From contig NC_069000.1 in the NCBI RefSeq assembly GCF_001194135.2, positions 47,060,130 to 47,124,129 on the forward strand: a DNA stretch of 64,000 nucleotides. Reading direction: 5' to 3'. The stretch comes from Octopus bimaculoides. Its lineage: Eukaryota. Numbering within the stretch: position 1 is the stretch's first letter; the number at the start of each line of letters is the position of its first letter. This document shows positions 47,182 through 61,880 of the stretch, piece after piece. Position numbers and translations under genes: made by a program. Below the pieces are notes generated by a model. That model did no database searches. It was given only the letters and a program-made list of their open reading frames with translations, and was not told the origin of the DNA.

Positions 47182-48517
47182 CTAGATAAAAGGAAAGGTA
47201 AGTCTGGTATGTCTGGCAGAGACAATTAAATGTAGGGGTTGTCAAGGGAGCTTTAGTGATGGCCTCAATCCATTTGTAAGTCTGATAAATGGTTGTCATT
47301 GATGCCTTATTGAGTTTCTTCCCCCTGGTTATTTATTGTTTTTGTGTCTTATCAGCGTGTCCACCCCTTCACCCTCCATGAGATTACTAGTTTAGTCCCT
47401 GACAGCCAAGTAGAATTGGTTTATATGTTTATCTATAGCAGATTGTTTTTGATCTGACCTGACATAAATATGTAAGGGAAACGGAGTTACATAATCAGAC
47501 ACGTTTTGTGTAATTCATCCGTTTTGGTTCACTGCATTCAGCCAACAGATTTTCTTCTTTTCATAACAACAAACTGTTCTAAATAAACAATATGCACCTC
47601 ATTCACCCGTTAACCTTCCAGTGTCATCTATAAACAACATGAAGTCATCAGAGAGACAATATTTCCATGAACAGAGAACTTGGAAAGATTTTAAAATAGG
47701 GACAGGACAACAACCAAAATACAATCAAATGAACTGTTTCCTCTTTCAGTCTCATCTATCACGTCCACAATGGCCACTGAATATTTCACATGGACTCTAC
47801 TGTTTTATCCAATGTTATATAACAATTTTATTCTCTTTGAAAATAACAGAACGTCTGAAAAGTTCCAGGACTTTTATAATCAACTTGTCAATATTGTGTT
47901 TTTGGAACAAACTGTTACTGTTGCTGCTGTTGAAATTAAACATTGATAAATACATGGGACAAACCATAGCTTGTTTTATTGCTGCTGGACAGAGAAAAAA
48001 ATTGAACACACATTGCTAATTAAATCACAGCTGTAATTAAATGTAGGAGCAGAGAATGTGAAGGACAGAGCTGAATGTAGGACAACGTTGTAAATTAGAT
48101 ACATCAAACACACACACACAGCACACGCACATGCACACACAAGTACATACACACACTCAAAACTACTTCCAATACTGAAGAGTTCAAGTTGACATCCAAA
48201 ATTTATGTTTAATAATCAGCTGAGGATAAAACATGGAGTGGTCACTTTTGTGACTGGACACACACGTAAAATTCTGTATTGATCAAATTAAAGTCAATTG
48301 TTAATCAATCAATTAACTGCAGCAAATACTAAATATTAATTTCAAATAAATCAATACCCCAAAAAGTGATCAAAGGGCAATTTGATGTTCAAAATGAAGG
48401 GGTAAGATTTTTGTTATATTTTTTTTTTTTAAAGTGAGAGAATTTATTATCTTTAGATCATAATAATAATTATTATAATAATAATTATTATAATAATAAT
48501 TATTATAATAATAAAGA

Positions 48518-48945
48518 TGGTTTCAAATTTTGGCACAATGCCAGCAAGTTCATGGAAGAAGGTAAGTCGATTGCACCGACCCCAATTCTTGACTGGTCCT
48601 TATTTTATTGACCCTGAAAGAATGAAAGGCAAAGTCAACCTCAATGAAATTTGAACTCAGAACATAAAGATAGACGAAATATCACAAAGCATTTTGCCTG
48701 GCGTACTAACGATTGTGCCAGCTTACCACCTTAATAATAATAATAATAACAATGATCCCTTCTAAGGCCAGCAGATTTGAGTGGAGGGGACAAGTTGATT
48801 ACATCGACCGCAATACTTGACTGGTGCTTTATTTTACTGACCCCCAAATGGATGAAAGGCAAAGATAGCCTCAGTGAGGAGATTTGAAGTGCTGGAAGTA
48901 ATACTGCAAGGCATTTTTATCTGGTGCTCCACCGATTCTGCCAAG
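48518..48945 (-). mobile_element. SINE family A head-to-tail pair
   Basis: Two copies separated by (AAT)n. Confidence 0.8.
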
Positions 48946-50910
48946 TGACAAGAAAAGCACAAATGGTAAAACCCTTAAAACAAAAACAAAAAATAAATTT
49001 ATCTGAAAAAGGAAAAAAACAGCAAATAACATGAACATCAATGGTAACAACAACAACAATAATAATACTAAGAAAAAGAAAAAAGAAGAATAAGTAAAAG
49101 ATTGTTTCTGATATATTAATTGATTGAAAAAACAAGTAACAAGATAATTAAAACATGGTAATGTTCAACCATTAACATGTTCGTTAAAGATACATATTCA
49201 ATCAAATATTATTATTAAGTATTTGGTCGATCAACATAAAGCATGTCTCAGGGTGTGGGAAGAAGCATGCATGAGAATGGACACACTTGCTAACATGTAT
49301 ATATACACATTCATTGGTTTAGAGATGGAGACATTTATGCATACAGATTTATACAAACATACATTTGTACATACATTTATATACACATAGATATATACAT
49401 AGATTTATGCACACATACCATATTTACTTGTGTATAAGTTACACGCATGTGTGTGAGTGCGTGTGTGTGTATCTATATACACAAACTTTGCCCCCTGTAT
49501 AAGTCACATGCTAATTAAAATCAAATATAACACATGAGTAAATATGGTATATTCATATATACATTGATTTGTATATACATACATTTATATATAGATTGAT
49601 ACATCCATACACTTATACATACATGAGGCCCAATCTCTCACTTTGTAAAGACAAAGTTAAAAACAGTTTCATTCCTTAAAGAATTATTTTGTCATGAATT
49701 CCACGAACTTCCAATCAAAATGGTTCTACTTTTCATCATTTATTTTTTACTGGTTTCAGTCATTAGACTGCGGCCATGCTGGGGTACCACCTTGAAGAAC
49801 TTTAAGTGAAATGAATCGCACCCAGTACTAGTTATTTTTGTAAGGCCTGGTGCTTGTTTTATCAGTTTCTTTTAAGGGGACCTAAACACACCAACACCAG
49901 CTGTCATGTGATGGGGGGAACACAAACTCACACATTTATATATAACAACTTCACAATGCACTGTTTTACGGCCCATCAATATATAGTGAATAGGTACAGC
50001 CATATTCACAACACACCAGCAAGGCTGAATATCCTTGTTCAAAGTAAGTCATGTGATCAAAAGTGTTGTAGATCAGGAATACTATTAGTTGAACTGGTAT
50101 GATGTGAGGACAATCTATCTGAGAAGTAACATGTTTGATCATGTGACTAACCACTTCAACCAATGAGAGTCGGCCTAACTGATAAAATGCAGACACACGT
50201 TTAGTCCTTCCTCTATGTTGCCTGATTCATTGTATGAAACTCTGAGTAACAACACAGAGAATCAAGAAGAGAAATTCTACATCCTCCACTGAAAGTTCTA
50301 TTATTTGTAATCATAGGCAGGTGGGTGGATAGGTCTGACTAGAGAGACGGACAGACAGACACAGATATGTATAAATGGATGGATGGACATGAATGTATGT
50401 ATGAAATAGATGAGAAATGTATGTATATATTATACAAGATGTGTATGTAAGTAGAAGCTTACACAAAACATGTATGTAGATATGAATGTATATATGCATG
50501 TATAAACTACACAAAATATATAAGCTACACACACACCTACTCATTGGCATAAAGAAATATATATGAAGAAAGCATGGCTGGGAAACTAAAATAAATTTGT
50601 TTGCCAAAAGCAACATCACTTAAAACTCTGACATGTCAGCTAAGCATAAAGTTCCACCTGGCCTGCTGACTAATATACATATATATGTATGTATATAACA
50701 GACACGCACACACACACACACACATTGGTGAACGGAATTATTTCATCCATTTGATTAAACTCTCTCTGATGAGTGCTGCTGACTGTAAAGTGAATCATAC
50801 GAAACCTTTAGCCCTGATGAAACAATCCTGTTCACCAACAACAAACAATTATATATTTCTAACAAAGATGTGCATTGAGCACTTTTTACAGGAAAAGCAA
50901 TAATGGAAAT

Positions 50911-50945
<35 letters not shown>

Positions 50946-52209
50946 ACACACACACACACCTATGTATGTATATAGTAAACTCTACCAAAAAACTTGAGTG
51001 AATCTGCCATGGGGAATGGAAAATCCAACATGTCAGACAGTGCTTTTTCAGGGAAAAAGTTGAAAAGAGTGAAACTAATATTACAAAGAGTTTTATATCT
51101 TCAACGTTGCAACCATTTTTTTTTTTTCTAACTTTGAAGATGCAAAACTGTTGTGTCTCATTAATTTCTCTTCTTTGAACTTTTCTTTGGAGAAGGACTT
51201 TTGTTCAAATGTTANNNNNNNNNNNNNNNNNNNNNNNNNNNNNNNNNNNNNNNNNNNNNNNNNNNNNNNNNNNNNNNNNNNNNNNNNNNNNNNNNNNNNN
51301 NNNNNNNNNNNNNNNNNNNNNNNNNNNNNNNNNNNNNNNNNNNNNNNNNNNNNNNNNNNNNNNNNNNNNNNNNNNNNNNNNNNNNNNNNNNNNNNNNNNN
51401 NNNNNNNNNNNNNNNNNNNNNNNNNNNNNNNNNNNNNNNNNNNNNNNNNNNNNNNNNNNNNNNNNNNNNNNNNNNNNNAAAAGAATTATTTTTGTGTTTT
51501 TCCGTATTTTTTGTAATGATTACTTTTTTATTTTATTCCTTTCTCTGGAGGAACTGGAGGAGGGGTTCAATGGTGTAAAGGGGTTTACTGAAATTTCAGG
51601 AGTAGGGGCCAGGTTCTTTTCCCAGTATTATAGGCCCTGGAGCATAACAATACACATACATACATTAACACTCAGTCCCCTAGACTTGTTGGGGGAGGAG
51701 TGCACCAAATAACACCCCAGTGTGTGCATACCTTCAGGTAGCAGTGGGAGAGGGAATTTCAAGGGTAGGGGGGGGAGTTGATGAAGATGGCTAAAATAAT
51801 TCTCAGAAAGGAACCTTCTTTTTGTTATCATTGTTGTTTGGCTCCAGGTTTGCTCTGAAAACACCTTTGATCAAGAGGCAATCCAGCAATGACCATCCTG
51901 TCTTTCATGTATATCTAGAACATTATCACATGTGTTTTTCTCTTCTTAAGAAAGCAGAGTGTGTTTTTGTGGGATATTGGCTGTTGTTTCTATCATATCA
52001 AACAATCACGTAATTCAACAGTTTCTTTTTTTTGGTTGGGGAGGTTATCTGTTGAGGCAGATATTCTGTAGTCAGATGCTGAGCCTCTCACCAACCCTTA
52101 TCTGTTTCCCCATGGCCAGACATGTTTTCATGGCAGACTGCAAATGAAGGACATTGTTTGCATGGGATGTCAATACAAGTACATTCACACACGCTAGTCT
52201 TTTTTTTTT

Positions 52210-52245
<36 letters not shown>

Positions 52246-52993
52246 CTACACACACACACATTTATCTAACATATTTGCTTTACCACCTTTCTCCCCACCT
52301 CCTCTGTTCCAAAGCCATAAAAAGATGTGAGTTAGAGATAAGTTCAACATGTCAAATAGTTACAAATGTATTATTGGACTAAAGACCAGACACCAATTGT
52401 GTGAGACTAATCTTTAGGTTACATCTACACACATACACGCATTATACATACACACATACATCCATATATATACATATATATATATAGCACTGCATGTAGC
52501 TGCACAGGTAGCAACAACTAATACATACATATATGCACATACACGCACATATGCACATTCTCAGCCAAACTACTGCCTACTACATACTACGTAGACGACT
52601 ACACACTATTTACCAATGTTCAGAAGCAATGGTGAGAAGCTAACAAACTCCAAGGAACATGAAACATCTCTCGACAAATATTGTTCAAAATATACATCTT
52701 TATCATTTATCTATTCTGATGTAGAAACATTAAATATATTTTGGTTTAATATTCCCTCTAAACTATTTTAGTTTATTATTTCTAATTAACATATTATTTC
52801 TAATGATACTAACATATAATAAATATAATATTTTTAACATATCCTCTATAGCACAAGCTAAATTATACTAAAAAAAAAATAGAAAGAAGACAAGTTTGCA
52901 TGTTATAATAAATTTTAAACATCATCTGCCTGCTTTCTGCATGACCTGGATGTATGTACACTCTTAGTCATCTGCAAGTGTCTTATATGCATA

Positions 52994-53029
<36 letters not shown>

Positions 53030-53472
53030 GAGCAAGGGTAAAGACCCCGTCACTCATAACTGACCATGGGATTGCACCTAGGGAGTTCCCCTCCAAGGCA
53101 TAAGTCCGGGCAAGGTTGTTCATGGAAGACCAGCAGTCGCCCATGCATGTCAGCCTTCCCCTCTCCATGCCACCGATGTTACCCAAGGGAAAGGCAATGG
53201 AGCTGATACAGCTTGGCACCAGTGACATCACAACTCATTTCTACAGCTGAGTGATCTGAGTGAATAAAGTATCTTGCTCAAGAACACAATACACAACCCA
53301 GTCTGGGAATCAAACTCACAACCTCATGATCGTAAGCTTGACGCTCTAACCACTGAGCTATGCACCTTCATATGGGTGTGTGTATATAAATATGTAATTT
53401 TGTCTATATAACTCTATTGTTCTGTCTAAATTAATGTGAGATATGGCAGAACACAGTATGGATGGATAAAAA

Positions 53473-53855
53473 ACTAAATGTATTCCACCAATCATGCTTC
53501 AGAAAGGTCACGAGGGTCCACTGGTGGCACAGTGTCACAAATGAGGAGGAGATTCTGAGAAGAGAGAGCAAAGTCATTACTACTGCAAGAGATTGTAGCT
53601 GAACGCCAATTCCACCTGGCTGGCCACATTCTCCATCTGGCCGATTAATGGCACTCGGAGACAACCACGACTTGGTTACCAGTTGTCAGCAGATGTGAAA
53701 AGGGAGGAAGATCATTTGGCAACAGATATTTCAGGAGGATTTGAAGACAGTCAACACTGTGTGGAATGGATGGGTGAGAGAAGAAGTTGACCAAATCCGG
53801 TGGAGGAAGCTTGCCATACAATACGCTAAAGTAATACAAGAGGGCCTAAAGCTAC
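53473..53855 (+). mobile_element. LINE (RTE/L2-type) 3' end, degenerate
   Basis: LNVFHQSCFRKVTRVHWWHSVTNEE...ERQFHLAGHIL...IFQEDLKT..RWRKL resembles the post-RT C-terminus of non-LTR elements. Confidence 0.7.
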
Positions 53856-54045
53856 ATATATCATTATCATTTAATGCTGGCATAGGTTGGACTACACACA
53901 CACACACACACACTCAATCATCATCATCATCAGCATTTAATGCCCACTTTCCATGCTAACACGGTCCGAGTTGGTTAAACGGAGTCACTACACAACACCA
54001 ACAGGTCAGGCGGACATCTTATTTTTTATGCTCCTTTTGGTTTCA

Positions 54046-54225
54046 ATGGATGCAGATGGATGAAGACAAGTGTAGAAGGAAGTACAGAATTATTGATGTG
54101 AAAGATACGTCTGGAAGAGGAAGAGAGAGAGGAAGATATGGGAGACTGATTGGAAAATGTTGCACCTGATGAGGGAAACAACTGTGAGGATTTACAAGAC
54201 AACATGATGATGCAGAAGACCTGAT
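54046..54225 (+). mobile_element. RTE-like LINE 3' fragment
   Basis: MQMDEDKCRRKYRIIDVKDTSGRGR resembles the GHV.RM.ED....GRGRP C-terminal motif. Confidence 0.45.
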
Positions 54226-54316
54226 CATTAGAGTAAGAAAGGTGAAACGGATGTGAAAATGATGAAGGTATGAGATGGAGACTGAGATGTGTCTATCTAT
54301 ATATAAACAGATAGAT

Positions 54317-54358
<42 letters not shown>

Positions 54359-55160
54359 CAGATAGATAGATAGATATACACATGTTATGAAGGTCAATAA
54401 AGTGTAGTATTTTTGATCAGTTAAGAGAGTAAAAAACCACACAAAACCTGTGAGATTCAGCCACCCAGGCTTTCCTGGCTGAAATCTATCTCACCATTTC
54501 TCCGGCTGGTAATGTCAACATGGTGGGTCACATATCACCTTGTAATTCTTAAGTCTCCACCTCATACCCCTCCTACTTTATCAATACCTCTTCCTCTCCC
54601 TATCACACACCCTTCTATTCAACCATAAAGTGAAGGGTAATACTGGATTGTCCATACCCAATCTCTTCCGACCAACATCCATATTTCACTAATCCTCTCT
54701 CTCTCTCATCACAATGTCTGAGTAAAGACGGTCAACATCAAAACAGTTGCTACCCAGTCTGTCCCCTGCCCTCACTTTACCCTTTCTGTACTACCCACCA
54801 ACCACCACACCTTCTTATTGGTATCTATCACTTTCTCACCACCAACCATCTACATAAGTATTCATCCATCATGTCCTCTCTCTCTCTCTCTCAAGGGCAG
54901 TAACTCCAATGGAATCAGGCTATCATGACCCATCCGAAACCTTGTAAACACGGGAAGCAGTCAGAAAATGATGATGATGAATAATTTGTTTATATTATTT
55001 GATACACACACACAAATATATATATATATATATATGAACACAAACCTACACACATGTGTACAACACATTAAATAAGGTCATGCATTTATAAAAGTTATAA
55101 TGTAATGTTGGTTATTATTGTTCTTATTCCTGATACATTTGTGACAACTAGTAAAACTAC

Positions 55161-55196
<36 letters not shown>

Positions 55197-55333
55197 TACT
55201 ACTACTACTACTACTATTACTACAACTACTGCTACTACCAATACTAGTCAATACCTAAAAAGCAAAATACCAATGAAATAACTGATACATTGTAATAACA
55301 ACATAAAAATAATAATAATNNNNNNNNNNTATA

Positions 55334-55385
<52 letters not shown>

Positions 55386-57432
55386 AAATACCAATATATA
55401 TATATATATATACACACACATGTGATATAAATATGCAAACACACGCACGTCAGCAACCAACTAAGTCTTTGTGTCACATGACAATATCTGGATCAGACCA
55501 CAATTGAAATTTGGCAATAAAACAGTAACATTTACAAACAATTAGAATGGGGAAATTAAGACAAGATGATCAGGCCGGAAGATGAGATCAATGGATCAGT
55601 TAAGCTGATCCTTGGATCAGTTCATATCAGTGATGATAAGGTAACAGACCAGCTTAGTACAGTTATTCTGGCTTTATTCCATGGAGCAGTCAATATCATC
55701 CATGGATAAGAAGAGAAACAAACAGGATTAGATGTAACTGTAAGATTTCAGAAATGTAGGACGAGTTCATTCTCACCAATACTCAACATGCATTTCACTA
55801 CAATATGATGACAGGATGTAATTGTTAGTAAAGACAGTGAATGCTATTACAACAGCAACTATTAAGACTACTAATACTAGCACCATTATCCACAGACAAA
55901 GTCTCCAAATTTTCCCCTATTTTTTCAAATGCTAGGATCTGGGTTGAAGAAATTTAACTGTTACTTGTAGAAGTTTAAGGTATGGTAGCTAAGTCTCACA
56001 GGGCGAGGTTTGGTTGCTAATTCTAACAGGTTGAGAATTGGTTACTAATTGGTGTCTGTAACAGCATTTTCTTTCTGGTTCTGATAAGTTGGGGTTTCGT
56101 TGCTAATTCTAACAAGCCAAGATTTGGTTAGTAATTCTCTGAGGACAGAGTTTTGTTGCTAATTCTATCTGGCTGAACAAACACAACTTTTGAGAAGTTC
56201 CAGTTGAAACAAACTTCAACTAATTTGAATTCTTTATAGGAACCATTTCACTTCACGTCTTTACTAACCTTCAGAGAGTAATGCATGCCACAACTTCACA
56301 TTTTCTCTCCCTTAAAAAACCTTATACTTGCATGAAACATATTTAAAAATTGCTATGTCATTTACCATTAATACCATCATCATCATCATCATCATTACTA
56401 CAACCACCACCACCACTACTACTACTGCTGCTGCTACTAATGGCAATTCCCAAACATCCTTCTCCCCCTCCTCTACTATGACATCTTAGAAGACATTTGC
56501 CCAAGGTGCCACACAATGTGATTGAACCAGGAACCATGTGGTTGGGAAACAAACTTCTTACCACACAGCCATGTCTGCTCCTATAAAAGGCTTTCGGGAG
56601 GAGGGGAGAGGATAAAAAAAACCATGACTCACACATCTCCTTGGGGGGGGGGGCTGTTCATTGAATACATTTACCTCTCCCTAACACACACATTCACTCC
56701 CCACCCTTTGACACTCAAGGAATCTGTGTCTATTGCTAGGATGCCTTATCAAATTTCATCTTATTAATTATAACAAGAATATATGAAAATATAAATTCTG
56801 ACAGTGTAAATTCCCAAATTCCCCAAACTTTAAACTCGAAATAGAATTTTAAAAAAAAACAATAATAAACATAAACACATACAAAACAAAAAAAAACTTT
56901 AATCCTGTAACTTCCATTTCTCCACAAACTAACTGCTGGCACCACCATTAACCCCCACCCCACCAAGAAACATGCATACACACACATGATCATATATTCA
57001 TCTCATGGCCTGACATATACATACATACACGCACACATACATGCATACATACACACACACAGACACGCAAATAGATACATGCGTACACATATATACATAC
57101 ACACATATATATACACATACACACATACATGAGGTAGGGTGGGGCAAAAGAGACAATGATCATTTTCACATCCATATTTCCATGTTGGTATGGGTTAGAT
57201 GTATGTTGCTCAGATAAATTTATTACAGCTGGATGCTCTTCCTGTCACCAACCTTTCCTACAAACAATTCTGCCTTCCACTGGTCTTCACACATCCACAA
57301 AGCTATGAGACATTTCTTCATGGAAATAAACAATGGCATCATTTCTTGACTCAGTCACGGTTAATGAAGAAGTGTGGAATTGGCACACACACACACAAAC
57401 ACATCATATACATACAAACTTTCTCTCCCCCT

Positions 57433-57463
<31 letters not shown>

Positions 57464-58239
57464 ATCACACAATCTGCATGTTTTAGCTTTGTTACTATGG
57501 CAACAGTCCGGATACATATTGATCAGACCTCATATATATACACATGTGTGTGTGTGTATTCATTTAACCTATACTATCACAGGAAACAAAAACTGGATGC
57601 AAAAACAAATGAACAAATAACGAATAAGACAATCTACATCAGATTAGAATGGAGAGGAAGAAATATTATAATTTACAACATGGCTGTCATATTGAGTGTG
57701 TCTATATGTGTAAGAGGAATGAAGTAGCCAGAAGAGATGAGCAGTAACCAAGACCACATAGGTGTTGATGGTCAAATATTAACATCTATTCAGGGAAAAT
57801 GCCACAGTCTTTCTTTGGCCTGAAGCAGAAATTCAATCTCTAAGGATAAAGAAAAAAAAACCCAAAAGTCCTATTAATCCTCCAACAAGGAAACCATTAA
57901 AAGTGTAAAAACTGTAATTTATGATTTAGCATGTCATGCTACAGTTTATACATTATTATTATTATTATTATTATTATTTTATTGGTTCTTTGTGGTTAAA
58001 CCTCTGACAGTTTCACTGAAAAATGAGGAAGAAACATTTCTAATCTTGAAAGAACAAAAATTGCTGGAAAATTTGCTGCTTTTCATGGCCAAATGATACA
58101 GCAAAAAGCAACTAACATGGACAATTGCTTGGAATAATTCTAGTAGTGTGGCTTGCTTGATGATAATTCATGTCTCATGCAGCTTATTTTCTAAAAAATG
58201 TTGCTTATGTCTGGTCTATTAATCATTTATTTCAGTGTA

Positions 58240-58480
58240 GAAGTTGCTAAGAAGACCAATTTTTATTCAACAAAATGGAGCCTCATACCAATACAAGCCA
58301 GATATTACCAACTTGGGAAGGAACTCACAGAATCAAATTCCTGAAAGTAGTTACTTAAATCCCTGATTTTAATCCAAGAGAACCCACAAAGAAACATCTT
58401 GAAAGAAGTGGTGAGCAAGATTAACCAAAGAATGGATAAACTTGGATCAGCCTGTTATGGAGAATTTAATTAAATCTAGG
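58240..58480 (+). mobile_element. Tc1-like transposase DDE relic
   Basis: FIQQNGASY...PDFNPREP...ILKEVV resembles FQQDGAP.H...PDLNPIEN; heavily decayed. Confidence 0.35.
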
Positions 58481-59977
58481 AATCACAAGGGGAAAGTTGT
58501 GGATATGGATGGAGTTCCTACCTAATATTGAGGCAAATTTCCACATATTTTTGGAAAATTCTTCATGAGTTAAAAGTCATGTTGCATTTTATTAGTTAGA
58601 CTACAAAAAGGCAAACAGGATACCTGTATACATAGAGAGGGGGAGAGAGAAGGGAGGAGAGGAAGTTGAACTATAAATATTTGTAATGTAATAATGTGAA
58701 CAGAGAAAGGACAGCATCCTCCCATAATGAGGATGGATTCAGAGAAGAAATCAGAAACTGCTCTTGACATTTCTCCACCACTCACACCACCCCTCTTAGT
58801 GTGTGGAGGGAGAGGAGTAGGTGGTGGTGGTGGTGCACTTAAGAAGTGAACCTACTAATGAGTAACCAGCTGAGAAAGAAAGAAGGAAAAACGAAGAAAA
58901 GCCATTCCCTCTCCAGCTGGAGTTGATAGAAGGGAAGTAGGAGGGACACACAGACATTAACAGAAAAACAAGTTGAATCAGTTTGTTCCAAAGAGGAGGG
59001 GGGAGGGCGAGGTTCGGGGTTATATTTAGCAAGTAAGTCTGCCAGGGATGTTGTTGTTGAGGTGGAGCAGAAGCTGATAACATTACTATAACCCCCCACC
59101 ACCCACCCCTACACCCACCTGTATCTCATCCATTCTCAAGCATAAAACACTATACAACTTCTACACTTCCTCATTAACCACACCAGTGTGTATCTACCCC
59201 CTAAACTACAGCCACTACACATGTTCATAGCCTGTCCATTTGACGTTCCTTCCTCCACCCCTCCAGTCACTTTATTTCCAGGAATCACTATCCCCCCCCA
59301 CACACACACAAACCTATGCATGATACATCAGTCTATCCTAAAATACCTGATGCCCAGCCCTCCATGCTGCCAACAGGGTTTCTCAACCCCTTTTTTCCTC
59401 AGGACTCCTATTCAATGTTTAAAAAATCATATTTTAGGAATTGTATAAATAAATTCTTACAATATTTGCTGTGTTGTCCAAGTCTAAGCAATTTATTGCA
59501 GATAAATTTTAACAGCAAAATCTTATGTGAACCCCTAAAGACTGTATGGACCCCAGCTCAGGATCACAGAAATGTGGGATTTTCCACTCCCAATCAGAAG
59601 TTCCCTCAAACTCTTTTTCTGTAATTTTACCTCATAAAGGGATCTGGCTTATAATTTCTGACCGTCCATTTGCATCGAATCACCTGATTCATTTAATTAG
59701 CATTAGTGGCTGAGTATTCCACAGACATGTGTACCTGTAACAAAATTTTCAAGTATAATGAACATAACACAGTGACAAGGTTGTACCTTTAATTACAGGT
59801 ACAATACACCTGACAGGTGTAGTGTACATATATTAATGTATATATTTTATAGATGTTAATATTGTGCTAAGAAGGCATAGTGATGCTGATAGCCTGGAGT
59901 TAGAACTCAATGTACATCTGCTTTAGAATAAGGCATTAGACGAGTATGGAGCACTGCTTTGTTATTTATTATATTTC

Positions 59978-60008
<31 letters not shown>

Positions 60009-60019
60009 CATATATATAC

Positions 60020-60130
<111 letters not shown>

Positions 60131-60489
60131 CATACATACATATACATACATACATATACATACATACATATACATACATACATATACATACATACATATA
60201 CATANNNNNNNNNNNNNNNNNNNNNNNNNNNNNNNNNNNNNNNNNNNNNNNNNNNNNNNNNNNNNNNNNNNNNNNNNNNNNNNNNNNNNNNNNNNNNNNN
60301 NNNNNNNNNNNNNNNNNNNNNNNNNNNNNNNNNNNNNNNNNTATATATATATATATATATATATATTAATATTTTGCTTAGGCATGGTGATACCAATAAC
60401 CTGATGTTAGAACTGAATACAGATATACTTTAGAATGAAGCATTAGTTGAGTACAGAGCAGTAACATGAGATTGAGTGAAAGAGAAAGG

Positions 60490-60631
60490 AACAAGAAATT
60501 ATACAATGGCCTTCATTAGCTTACAGCTGTTTCTGCTATAAGATGCAATGCACTCAGAGGTGAGTGCATGTACATCACCTTATACCAGAAACAGCAGTAA
60601 GCCAGTGAAGTGCATAACATAATTTCTTGTT
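60490..60631. mobile_element. Fold-back (hairpin) MITE, about 142 bp
   Basis: The arms AACAAGAAATTAT..CTTCATTAGCTTACAGCTGTTTCTG..TGCACTCA and TGAGTGCA..CAGAAACAGCAGTAAGCCAGTGAAG..ATAATTTCTTGTT are reverse complements. Confidence 0.7.
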
Positions 60632-60709
60632 GCTTTGTCGTTCAATTCCATATCCAAGAAGACGGGTGACAGGAGAAGGATTGTCACCATTCTTCTTGTA
60701 AAAGTTTAA

Positions 60710-60926
60710 CCCTTTAGCATTTAAACTGGCCACATCTGACCTTGAAATATTTTACCTAAGTTCAAACTGACCAGGACCGGCCTCTCACATCTATTTTTCA
60801 ATGTTATTGTAAAAGAAAACAACTGCATCATGAAAACATCAAAGATGTCAGGTAATACCTGATTGATTCCAAACAATGTGAATAAATAAGAAGAACATTT
60901 GACAGAGGAACCTCAATGCTAAAGGG
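60710..60926. mobile_element. piggyBac-derived MITE
   Basis: TTAA|CCCTTTAGCAT ... ATGCTAAAGGG|TTAA. A 5'-truncated relative lies at about 62671-62825 ending ATGTTAAAGGG-TTAA. Confidence 0.85.
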
Positions 60927-61079
60927 TTAAATGAACCTATTCTCCATTAAAAAAGGTATTAGAAATTCTTCAGTGTTTAATGTTAATCTGTTTTTATAAA
61001 GAATTTGACAGAATTGTGTGTACATCATATTTTAACACATTCATGTTCATACATGTGCACTGTTCTTCATTTGTATGTA

Positions 61080-61127
<48 letters not shown>

Positions 61128-61619
61128 NNNNNNNNNNNNNNNNNNNNNNNNNNNNNNNNNNNNNNNNNNNNNNNNNNNNNNNNNNNNNNNNNNNNNNNNN
61201 NNNNNNNNNNNNNNNNNNNNNNNNNNNNNNNNNNNNNNNNNNNNNNNNNNNNNNNNNNNNNNNNNNNNNNNNNNNNNNNNNNNNNNNNNNNNNNNNNNNN
61301 NNNNNNNNNNNNNNNNNNNNNNNNNNNNNNNNNNNNNNNNNNNNNNNNNNNNNNNNNNNNNNNNNNNNNNNNNNNNNNNNNNNNNNNNNNNNNNNNNNNN
61401 NNNNNNNNNNNNNNNNNNNNNNNNNNNNNNNNNNNNNNNNNNNNNNNNNNNNNNNTATATATATATATATATATATATGTATATGTATGCATATTAGTAT
61501 GTATATATACACAAAATATTGTATATATACATTAGTAAAGGAAATCTTATATGATTGTCTAGAAATGAAAATTGCCAAATTTCAAGTGCTGTCCAATCGT
61601 TTCAGATAAATTCTTGACT

Positions 61620-61880
61620 TAGCGGTAGTAGTAGTGCAGCTATGAGGAGGAATGGCAAGGGAAACCCGATGAAAAACATTTCCTACCAGGCAGTACGTCG
61701 TATTCTTCAAGAAGACGGGGAAAATATGAGGCTGGCTGGCCATTAACAGGTAAGTTGATACGAAACCTATGTACTGCAGAGTAAAAAGCTGTAACTGGTA
61801 AAAAGAAGAAGACTTATTGGGTAATTGGAATTAGAAAAAGTAAATGGTTCTGGAATGAAACTAAAGCATTTGAATACCTA
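61620..61880 (+). mobile_element. Tc1-like transposase HTH relic
   Basis: ISYQAVRRILQEDG...WFWNETKAF resembles VS..TVRRRL..AG and FSDESKF; stops present. Confidence 0.3.

Noticed and set aside
47186-47197. Plus-strand 12-nt microexon with a perfect AAG|GTAAGT donor
   Set aside because: No plus-strand gene is evident here; the signal is the reverse complement of the minus-strand branch and pyrimidine tract. It does lower confidence in the 10-nt call.
53281-53372. tRNA-like sequences with box A/B
   Set aside because: They are SINE heads continuous with SINE bodies; no complete cloverleaf, so no tRNA gene is called.
55985-56170. Repeated GTTGCTAATTCTAAC as an RFX site array
   Set aside because: The unit resembles the TTGGCTGCTATTTCTAGCAG block of an interspersed repeat also seen at about 20485, 35715, 40065 and 41265; local amplification of a repeat is simpler.
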